A stretch of DNA of 64,000 bases, from the NCBI RefSeq assembly GCF_022045235.1, contig NW_027266284.1, forward strand, positions 4,154,001 to 4,218,000, read 5' to 3'. Shown here piece after piece: positions 53,141-64,000 of the stretch. Position 1 is the first letter of the stretch. Each line of letters opens with the position of its first letter. The notes beneath the pieces are model-generated. The model was not told the DNA's origin. It did not search any database and worked only from the letters and a program-made list of their open reading frames with translations. A program made the translations under genes and the position numbers. This stretch comes from Haliotis cracherodii. Its lineage: Eukaryota.

Positions 53141-53342
53141 GACCCATGAGGCAACCACATGGTTTGGGTGGTCAGGTTCAGTGACTTGGTTGATTGGATG
53201 TCATCATACCCCAACAGGGTTGAATGTTGCACACAATATATATCAATTACTTGATTGTCTGGTACTGATTAAATTATTTACAGCCACCATCATATAGCTG
53301 GAATACTGCTGAGTACAGCATTCACCAACTAACAAAAAACAA
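53141..53342 (+). mobile_element. Old copy of the non-tRNA SINE-like family
   Basis: gaccc...gggtggtcagg..gacttggttga...gattgtctggt...catatagctggaatactgctgagt. Confidence 0.7.
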
Positions 53343-56300
53343 AGTGAAGTTACTTTGTGTCGCATTATTGTCATATCATGTTAAATTATTTGCAACTTTC
53401 AACTTTTTATTTAAATTTCTATTTGAGGCTTTTGGTCCAGTTTGTTGATCTGTAAACCAAACAAATTTTAAAAACATCTTCTAATATACTTGAACCTTTC
53501 TGAGTTCTCACTGTGAGTCTAAACCAGTGGTTGATGTCATGAACATCAGTCCATGACCATCTACAAAGGTCCCAAATCTTCTCAAGAGATCATTATCCAG
53601 GTATTATCTACAACCAGCAGCCATTGTGGCCACTCAATACCTATTTAGTTTTGGCACTCAGAACCTATTTTGCACTGGATTGATCCTTAGTACTTACAGA
53701 CAATCTGGGACCTTGCACTATTCAAGTCCTGAACATCCTAGCGCAAATCAATCACAGCACTTAGGCTGTAAGTAGATGTTAAAACATAAGTGCTACTTAC
53801 GATCATCTTAGATAATCTTTTGTTGTGTCATGACATCACAAAGATTAAATCACAAATATCCATATCACAACATTAGCACAACAACTGTCATAAGACCATG
53901 TTAAAGCATGAGAGTTAACAATCATCTTCGGGCCAAGATCACTTTACAGATGTGGGCCCTGTTCCACCATACTATCAGACTTGGTGTTACATGTTCACAG
54001 GCAGGCAATAATTATCTTCACGTTGACAGAGGAATTTATCACCAACTAATCCAAAATCTCCAGTCCGAAGGTCGTGACCTTCTTCCGCAAACACCTACCT
54101 GACCCACAGTAGTTCGATCCCATCACCCTATTATCTCGTAGAAAGGCAATAATCATGCAAGGAGATCACCAATATCACTGCCTGCTGTTGTTCTAGGACT
54201 AATCAAACAGCCATTACCATTACGACCAACCTGTCCAGGAAGCCATATTTCCTTTACATGCAATTATTGTTCCCTAACGAACCAACCCACAATAATGATT
54301 TATTTCATCTTTTATCGTTTCTCAGCAAGTCGGAGAGTACCCTTATCATATCATAATTGTTTAGTGTTCCCATGTGAATTCAGGGACAGGATGTTTATTA
54401 TATTTCTCAGCATGCTGGGAAATATTTCCCTCATTCAAGTGACACCCGGTAAGCCGTGTATGCTCGTAGGTGTGTAGGACGGGAATCTGATGACGCTGAC
54501 TGGTGTTTAATGGCCTGAACACCACGGGTGTCCTGAATATAATGATCTGTGAAATCTTGTATTGTGTAACATTATCATTATAATGGTAATAAGACTCTCA
54601 AAGTTGGCATCTGGGAGATTCATTTATTTATAATTTAATCAGTTTGTGATTGAAAGGAAAGTGGGTGGAATTACGTGATTGATTGAAATGCTCATTTGGA
54701 CGTACAGTGCTTCGGTTCAGAGACAAGTCATGTCATTAAAAACATAAAAATATTATTAACAACACCATTCATTAAACCTATTATGGAACAAACTGTCACA
54801 CAAGTTATCTCCCCTTAACATCAATGAACACATGATAATTTTTTATTAATTTTCAACATAAGAATTAAATTAAGTTACTTTGTAACCAGTAACTGTAATT
54901 AAATGTTACCATGGAATGAACTAGACATGGTTGCAACGGCAGATCTGCAATCCCTCTGGTTACCACAACCACTAAAATCTATAAAACTGGAGGGAAATAT
55001 AAAGGTTGAAAAATATAAGGAAATATATATTTATGCATTCCTTTAACAAAAAATGGATCCAATTATTGCAAAGCATTGTCAAATATTCATATCTTTCACA
55101 TAAATGTTTCCAAACACAACTAAAGCACAGCAACCAGCAGCATGAGGATTGTATTTGCGATTTATTGTACAATGTTAACAAATGACAAACATCCAATCTC
55201 GACTTAATTACATAATTTTTCTCACTTTTTACACTTTCAATTAAATTGACTTCGTTTAGGTGTCAACAACAAAAATTAAGCGATTTTTTCGCCTGATTAA
55301 TAAGTTTATATCTCACGTGGGATTTCTAAATCTGACAATGTAATTAAGACACTCCCTGAAACAGACTACATGAGTGAATTATATTTGAGATGAATTGAAA
55401 CTATCAAAAACAGAGGGTGGTACATTGTTTCTTGCAATTTCACTGCACAGATTAAAACATTAATTTCCTCAATCAGCTGTGATTTACAATAACAAAAGCA
55501 GCTGCAGCAGTCTTTAATGGTAATAAAACAACACATTTATCAATGTATTATATCAGTGGATTATTATTTCCCTGTGTTCTTTAACTGTCTTGCAGCACAA
55601 ACACATCCATCAAACTTTATCAGTGAATTGATATGATAGTTTTCACTGTTTTAATAACTCCATTTTCCATTGTACAGAAAACAGATCAGTTTCCTTCACT
55701 GGATCAGTTGATAATTAGTTTTCAGTTTGATTTACAACACTTCCAACTACTTGTTTGAAAATGGAAACAAAATAAATCATTTCACCTAAGAATCACAACC
55801 ACTGAAAAATAATTCCAGTTCAAACTAGATACACCATCCTACCTGAAAGGTTTATTGAAAGTGAATAATGTGATTATCACAAACTAAGTGCAATTCCCTT
55901 TGAAACAGATTACTTTTTCATTTTAATTAATGTTTGGGATCTTGTTATAAGGATCATTTCAAAAGGCTGCTGATTCTAAGATAACCTTCCCCTTCAACTA
56001 ACAACTTCACACCATACCGTAAACATGAGCCATGGAAACTCCATCCCCAGACATGCTCATGCATCGAAAAACATGCGTGTTGTTAGCCAATACATTGGAA
56101 ACTTCACACGAATCTAAACTCTCTTAAAACATCTGTCGATAGCGACTTGAAAAACTTCCATCTGGATTCTGGAACGTGTGGCCAAACTTACAAAACTGCC
56201 AAGTCTGTCTGTAATCTGGTTAATTGGATAAGCCCGTTGGAAACCTTTGAGGGGAAGGGGTTACTGAATTTCTGCTTGAAAAGTTGTGCACTTGTGTGTA

Positions 56301-57105
56301 CTTTTCACATGATTCTAAAAGGATTTTCAATTCGATAGATGTGCACTTTCAGGTTCAAAGTTTAACCCTTTAGGGGCAGTTAGGTCATTCCAGGGTTAAA
56401 ATAACCCTTTCAGCTTTGATGAGAAATAGAGTGGTTTCAGCTTTGAATGCCACCATGCATTTTATCTCAGATTTCCATTAAAGAACCATATTAACTCTTA
56501 GAAATGATGATGAAAGTGTTTGAATGGCTTTAGTGTTTCTCTGGCAACTTATTGTAGAAACTTGATACTGCAAAGTTGTTGCAGTGTCATATTTGGTATA
56601 CAGTAGAGCGGACATGTTTAGGATTGATTATAAACAAACCTAATACCTTGTTTGTTGTCATGATATAATGGTTTAGTGTGGTATTATCGGGTATGTAGGA
56701 TGCTTATGCTATACTGCCACTGCTTCCACAGGGAGCATCTGTGCAGTGAAATAGCTGTCTACCTTCCAACAAGACAAATTATTAGGGATGCACTATGTCT
56801 TTGTTACAGTTGTAGCAGCATTTGTGTGTCATTTCCAAAACTGTTATGTACTGTCAACATATAACATGGAATAGCAACATTAGTCTGTCTCACAGTCACC
56901 CAGCCATGATTTTCCCCTACTGCCCAGCCATTATCTAATTCAAAAGCCCTAAATGAAGTAAATCTAGATTTCCCTCAGGTTTTAGGTTCTGAATTGCCCA
57001 TCCCACTGGGGCTCCTTTTCAATTTAAATGGAGTTCTTTGTTTCTATCAATATTAGATATTTTCAAAGACTAAACTTTAGTCTTTAGCGACAAGTATGTC
57101 ATTAT

Positions 57106-57310
57106 TTGTTTGTCTGTTTTTTTTAATGCCGAAATCAGCAATACTCCAGCTATGTGACAATGTTCCGAGTGTATCGAGTCTGGACCAGACAATCCAGTGA
57201 TTGACATCATGACCATCGATCTGTGCAATTGGAATACGATGACATGCATCAACCATGTCAGCAAGCCTGACCACCTGATCCTTAAGTCTTACAACGGATC
57301 TTCACAGGTT
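57106..57310 (-). mobile_element. Non-tRNA SINE-like retroposon with the hairpin region deleted
   Basis: TSD tgtcattat/tgtcattgt; 5' end AACCTGTGAAGATCCG; body nearly collinear with 51760-51910. Confidence 0.85.
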
Positions 57311-58158
57311 TGTCATTGTACCAAACGTGCTACCTTAGATCAGGAATAGCAATATCTTCTGTCACTATACCAAACATTCTATTAAAATCAGGAATATCAA
57401 TATCTACTGTCACTGTACCAAACATTCTACTAATTATATGGCATTTGACAGTCTGCATCATATGCAATCCTATGGTGTAACCTGTTGAACTGCAATCAAA
57501 TCAAATATTTAGAATTTCAAACAGAGTACCATTTGTAGGGACCTCTCTCATCAATATCTGCCAGTGCATATCTCACTTAACCTCAAAATAGTAAAACCAT
57601 TCCTGACAAACTTGTATTCCATGCCAACAAACAGTGATAATATATTGCATTGTGGGTTTGCTCAACTCTTGAATATTAACAAATTAGTTTTGTGGAGCTC
57701 CCCTGAGAATGCATGGAACCAGGCAGGATCTCTACAATTGGATGAAGTAGGTATTAACAGCCTATTGGGAATCTTTCCACACATACAAGTTAGGACTGGC
57801 CCAAAGCATTGTATTGGAAACTCCCTTGAGAAATTTGTCAATCTCGGAAAGCTCTAATGGATTTCTTAGCTGTGCTGTAAAACCCACCTGTGTACAGAAA
57901 CTGTCCCCAAAATGACTGTGTCATTAGTCTGGTGTCGTGTTTCTCATCATATTCTCATGAATGACCTGTTTGTTGCTGAAGGGTCAGTCAGTGTGCACAT
58001 CCCTATTGGAGTGACAAACAACAAGTCATTAATTGCCATTAAACTTAAGGTGTTTGGGTAAATTGATTCAGTTGACATTTTGTAGCAATGTTTGCAAGAT
58101 GTGGGCCCAAAAGTTGCATCTTGGGAAATAATTAAGAAGGTAATTAATTTTTCTTTTG

Positions 58159-58277
58159 AAACAAACTTCACTCTGTGGAACTCGGAGTTGTGCAAATTGA
58201 CCATTCACATAAACAAAATTCACTCTGTGGAACTCAGAGTTGTGTTAATTGACCATTCACATAAACAAACTTCACTC
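58159..58277. repeat. 52-bp tandem repeat, about 2.3 copies
   Basis: aaacaaa(c/a)ttcactc starts at 58159, 58211 and 58263. Confidence 0.88.
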
Positions 58278-61200
58278 ACCTATGTTTCATGATTTTAAAA
58301 TCTCTTTCATCCACTGGTGTTAATTTCCTGAATACACAAATCAGTGATGAAGTAACTAGCCCAACCTGTACATATTCCTAGTCACGGGCATCAGGCAATA
58401 GCATTTTAAGCTCTGGTAGCACCTATATCCTACTACATGCTTTCACTATTACCATGACAGTTGAATATGAACATTCTATGTTCTTTTATTTCCAGGGCTA
58501 TTCTATATGACTATTCTGAAGGATTTTTGATCAAGTCTTTTTTCAGAGAAAAAAAAAGATGGAGTATATTTTAAATATGAACATTCCTGGTCCAAGGTGT
58601 TGGATTTGTTATCATACAGAAAAACAACCTACAGAAAAAATACATCTTTCAACAACTGCTTAGATGCAGCTGGAATTAGCTTCTGAAGAGAAATTCTTAT
58701 TTTCAGAAAACTTTTTAACAAGTGTACACTCTTCTAAAATTTCATCGAAGTTTTGTGTAAGTGGAAAACACTATGCAACTCTCTTTCCAATGAACATGTT
58801 ATACAAATACCAGACTTAAAAAGGCACTAATTACATTCTGATGACTACAATTAGCTGACATATGGAAAAAATGATGTCCATATGATGCAGCATTCAGTAT
58901 CCTTCCAATCTGTTCAGCAGCTGAAACAATTCATGCATTCTCTTCCCAACTGTTAATTACTTTAAAATGATAAGTTGTGCTGTCTGAAATATCAAGGTAG
59001 CAATTTTCCAGAACTAATTTGAGATGCCCCATTGCTAATAGCTTCTAAATGTTCCCATCCATAGATTTTTGCAAGCTTGATTCCAGAAAAATCCACTATG
59101 GTATAAAAATTAATTTTTTCAAATGCCTGTTTTTAAAAAATAAAAACTCATGGCTAGGCACATGGGTATGGATAATCAATGAAATTTCTAAAATAAAACA
59201 ACAACTAAAGTTATCATTGCTTTGCAAAAACACAGATAATGTGCATGCTTTCCTTATTTTCTGGTTAAAAAGTCATTAGAATGAATAATCAGTGTAATTT
59301 ATTTTTCTTTGTCCGAATGATATATGACTTGTGTAATGCATATTGATATGTTTTATTGATGTCATTACGGAAGCAGTTTCATCAATGCTGTTAAAAAATA
59401 TCATTTGGACAAAATACAAAATAAAGCCTTTTTGGATGGATCAATATCAAGGGAAGATGTTACCTTAATGATACAATGCAACTTACATATATACAAGACA
59501 TTAAAATTAACATTATTGTCAACATTATAAATCAATAAATATATTTGATATGAAAATTTATTTATTTAATTCATTAATTAATCTTAACTACTTTCACATT
59601 TACAGAAAAAAATGTTTTATTATCTTACAAGAAAACATTAATATTAATAACATTTTGAAACTTGATAAAGAATATTTTGTTTGAATTAATCAAATCAAAT
59701 ACAAGTTTTCAGTAAGGCCTTTAGTTCAGATACACGCTACAAAAAACTAGTAACTTTACATCACAGTTCTGTTATCTGGAAGTCATCTGAGCAGCCCACA
59801 TTGAGGTGTTCTGTATCGCATGTTGGAGTCCCTATCAGGGTTAAAACACAAGCTAGAGTGATTAAACAGATAACAGGGCAATACGTATCTCCTCCGATAA
59901 CCCATCTACAATGATGAAGATCTAACACACCTCACACCTGCCTACTTCTGCTCTCTCTGGGACTGTGCACTCCTAGTCCCTCATGTGAATGGTATGACAG
60001 CCTTACACTTTATAGCCATTTCAGGCAGGCTCAACCTGCAGCCATAAAGTGACGCATGCAGTTATCAAGGCATTTACTACATGTTCAAGCAGCTGAACCA
60101 GCTGAGTAATGTTTTAAATTCTTAAATTTTGAATTTTAACTTCAGTGTGTATTGTGCGTGTGCATGTCTGTGTGAGGTCAGACAAAGAGAGTGTGGTATA
60201 TTGATGAATTTGTCTGTATTTTAAAAATACTCAGTTATTATTTGGGGGTTCATGTCATTGGGGTCTGTTTGTGATTTTTAAAAGGGCATGTTTAACTCCA
60301 TGACGCCCACCTACATCTACACACCCCATCCCCACCCCCAACTAACACCCCATTGATCCACCACTGTGTTTAGTTGAAACAGGTGTGCATGAAATAGTTT
60401 TATACCTTTAATTCAAAATGGAATATAGAATAGAACAAACAATCCTGGCTGTTCAGTTGTAAATTCAAGTCAATAATAGTAACACACAGGATACAGGTGT
60501 TCTTGTAGCTATGGTGATCTTATTTCTGTTTTCACACTACTTTCAAATAGCAACATTAAAATTACTTTTGGATATGGCTGCAAAAATTATATATCTTAAC
60601 AACAAAAACCTAATTCCCTGAGGAAATTATCATGAACAAATTTAAACTATATATAATCAAAAACAGTTTCTTTCATCAGATTGATGAATAAACATTTTCC
60701 AACAGTTTTTGGCGTTAATGGAACAAGTGAACCGATATTCCTCCCCCTTCATAAGTCATTCAATATTCTAAACCTCACCAAAAATTTAATAAAACGTAAT
60801 TCGCTTAAGTGCAACTTTAAAACAGCATTTCCTTTTTCAGTTAATTTGAAAATTGTAGCAAATGACAGGCTTGCTGGAGTGAAAGGACATGCCAGGATTT
60901 CACACCACCACCAAACCATCTCTTCCCTTCTCTCACAGTGGATAAGATATGACACATATTTTTAACAGTGTACTCTAATTTTCCAATATCGACTCTAAGC
61001 TTTTAACGCAAATGCATTTCTCATGACGTATAATTGAAAAAAAGGCACTGAATTATTTTTTCAGGCAATTTTTCCCAACCTCTTCCATTTGTGGTAATCG
61101 TTAATAGTTATTGGGTAGAAAACTGGAAAGTTCATCTCGCCTCGGCTTTTTGAGGTCTACTGAGGCGGGTTTAAGTCGACGGGTCCCATGAGATCGTTTG

Positions 61201-62874
61201 TAAGTCTTCACACTCTTTAACAGAAAGGCCACAAGATTGGGTCCTGCATCTAGACTCAGAAGAAATCTTACATAAGTTGTCTATTATTTCCAAGCAAACA
61301 CTCCCTCCCATGAGGTCCCCTGTGGCCTTCTGACATTATTACCACCAAGCAGTGTCGCTAAACTCCATCTTGAGAAATACCACTTGCACACAGCAATCGA
61401 TTTGCCCTTGTTTAGATTCATAAGACAATGAAATGGGAATATTTTGTACAGCTATGTGAATGATACACGTTTCTTATCAATACTTGCTTCCAATATACAG
61501 AGATTAGCATTTCGCCTGCCAGACAAATGGGTCTTTTACATACAAATAGGCAGGAATTATTCCACACAAGAGAAATAGGTTATGAGAGCAATAGAGAGCG
61601 AATTCCTTAACTTGCACACTGGAAGGCTGGTGACATCATGAAAAGAGTTTTCTTTATACATGATGTAGATCTTAATGAGATCTTATGGATTCTTGAAATG
61701 GTTCTGATCTTCAACCCTTATCACCAGTGAAGGAGGAAGGGAACGCTCCTTTGACAAACGAATGTTGGAGATATCCAAAATGTTAGACATTTTATCTACA
61801 GATCGTCTCTGCTTCATGTATAGAGACGTCAAACACCCATCCTTCATCATCAGATGGAAAATATATAGAAATAAAGGAAAAAGAACATGCAAAGTTTGAT
61901 AACTATGTATGCATGACTAATGCTATGTTAATGTGTTATTATTAACAATAACTGTATACAACCTCTGAATACTTACTGAAAATGAGACCTAACAAAAACA
62001 TTTCATTGACAAACTTATATCACTTACAGACTGAAGAAACTGTAAAGGTCAACAATTGATTTCACCTTGGGACTCCAGCTTCCACTAGAGATTGCCTCAA
62101 TATCTTGTCTCGACTTCCTCAAAGTCATCTTAGTGCTTAATTACTTCAATAAATCTTTGTTAAGATATTTTCGGAGTTATGATAGCCTTAGTTATAAGAC
62201 TATTCAGTAGAATAGGGCACAGGACAATCGTCTTGTTTTATATACATCATGTGCATGGATATGAGATCAAATATTATCATAAACAGTCGTTGCATAGGAT
62301 GTCATACTCATGGCTTAGCTTGGGGTGTTGCTGAATATGGATGTATGGAAATAAAATGCACATTTACAATTTACATTCTTGAATTTCAGTTTAACGCACC
62401 TAGGTCATGATTTCAAATAATAACTGAATCATTTCCAAAACTAACCAATCACATTGCTCTGATTCCATGGTTCAGTCAGTCAAGCTACCAATGATATTCA
62501 TTTTAAACATATTTTGTAATGGATGAGGAAGTAAGATCACCTACATGGTATTGATCAAGTGTTTCCTTGTCATTTGGAGTTTTTCAAATTGAGCTATGAG
62601 GAATTATGGGTTACCGTCCCAAGTGGATTAATGGTGTAAGCCCCATTGAGTGTTGGGCAAGGGACTTCCAGCATGGATTCATTAGGGACAGATAATCTGT
62701 AAGTCAAAGTAGGGTAAGCTGTATGGTTCACACTGTCAGGTCATGTCATCAGTTATACCATATCATACCATATTGCTCTCAGCAATGTGATGTCATTTCT
62801 GTCCTACAGACGACCAATCAGCATTGAGATTTGCTAAGATGCGCAAGTGCAAATATTGTAAAGTCGTTACACTT

Positions 62875-63187
62875 GATCCATCTACCATTATGGTAATATG
62901 GCTTACTGTCATCCTACCCTTCATATGTAAGTTGTCTGGAAGAACACAGAGATCTATCTACCATTATGGGTAATATGGCCTATTGTCATCCTACCCTTCA
63001 TATGTAAGTTGTCTGGTAGAACACAGAGATCTATCTACCATTATGGGTAATATGGCTTACTGTCATCCTACCCTTCATATGTAAGTTGTCTGGAAGAACA
63101 CATAGATCTATCTACCATTATGGGTAATATGGCTTACTGTTATCCTACCCTTCATATGTAAGTTGTCTGGAAGAACACAGAGATCTA
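62875..63187. repeat. 77-bp minisatellite, 4 copies
   Basis: gatc(c/t)atctaccattatgg starts at 62875, 62951, 63028 and 63105. Confidence 0.96.
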
Positions 63188-64000
63188 GCGACGAACATTT
63201 AGCATCATATGATATGAATTCATAAAAACCTTTTGCAAATGTGTAAACACGAATCAATATGCCAAAAACATTACACAATATTTTAGGCTGTGGTAGTTGA
63301 CATGCATATTTATTTTTCTATGTGAAACATTTGTTATCTTAAAGAATATTTTCACTGGATCTATTAGTTCAACTAAATACCAAGGCAAATGTTCCTTAAC
63401 AGATAGCACTGCCATAGATATTTGTTTTTTGTAAAGTGTCAATCATGATAAGAACAATTAAATATTTTGGTCTCATATCTCCATATGTATCTTTTGTAAA
63501 TAGTGTTATGTACATTCCAATATGTTTGGATGATATCCTAACTTAAGTCTGGTTCTAGAATATTCCTATCAATAAAACGTGTACAAAATTTTCAGATTAC
63601 ATCATAATGTGCAGAATTTCATTTTACTCAAACTTATATTTACTGATAAAGCATACTCCCCAATGTGGTATATCTTTTAAAACATAAAACCTGATAAGTA
63701 TTGGACAAGTTCTAAACAATCTTCACGTCACTTTGTAAATTGGGGGCTAACTTCTGGATATATTTTATTAAAAAAGACTTCTTTATAGTAAATTGACATT
63801 GCATACATTCTGTTTACACCCCTAAAAGCTATTATGTTGTCAAAAGAGATATTTATGACAAATGGCAAACGGAAAAATAAACTAAAACAATTATATTGAT
63901 TACAGCGGAAGCTGGTGGCAGTATATCCTGATAATTATCATATTTAATGTGAAAATTTATCTAAAAGGACTTTTTTATGAGCCTCTTCATGAGAAAAATA

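Noticed and set aside
54550-55620. Cluster of TAAT/TAATTA homeodomain-like sites
   Set aside because: Expected by chance in AT-rich DNA without conservation data.

Overview
AT-rich, CpG-depleted eukaryotic genomic DNA that is almost entirely non-coding. From memory, the SINE families and (ACTC)n/(GTTT)n tails point to a gastropod mollusc, probably abalone-like; this was not verified by any search. The only well-supported host coding sequence is one 164-bp minus-strand exon (6760-6923) of a polypeptide N-acetylgalactosaminyltransferase (GALNT family, start of the GT-A domain), with a possible 33-nt micro-exon just upstream. The rest is intron-like or intergenic. It holds a mariner fossil, a probable Gypsy integrase fossil, several tRNA-derived and non-tRNA SINEs, TIR MITEs (hAT-like and pogo-like), three copies of a TAG...CTA element with 9-bp TSDs (AcademH-like), about a dozen mini- and microsatellites, and one sharp CpG-rich island. 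Four observations stand out. (1) The longest AcademH-like copy sits just downstream of the GALNT exon and carries a complete 169-nt splice cassette in the host sense orientation. (2) A retroposon without A/B boxes has a fixed, base-paired 5' end and a variable number of 22-nt hairpin modules. (3) A 1.7-kb 20-bp minisatellite appears to have been born from inside a SINE. (4) There is a candidate unmethylated regulatory island at about 45.8-46.1 kb. Nearly all entries in the ORF track are spurious.
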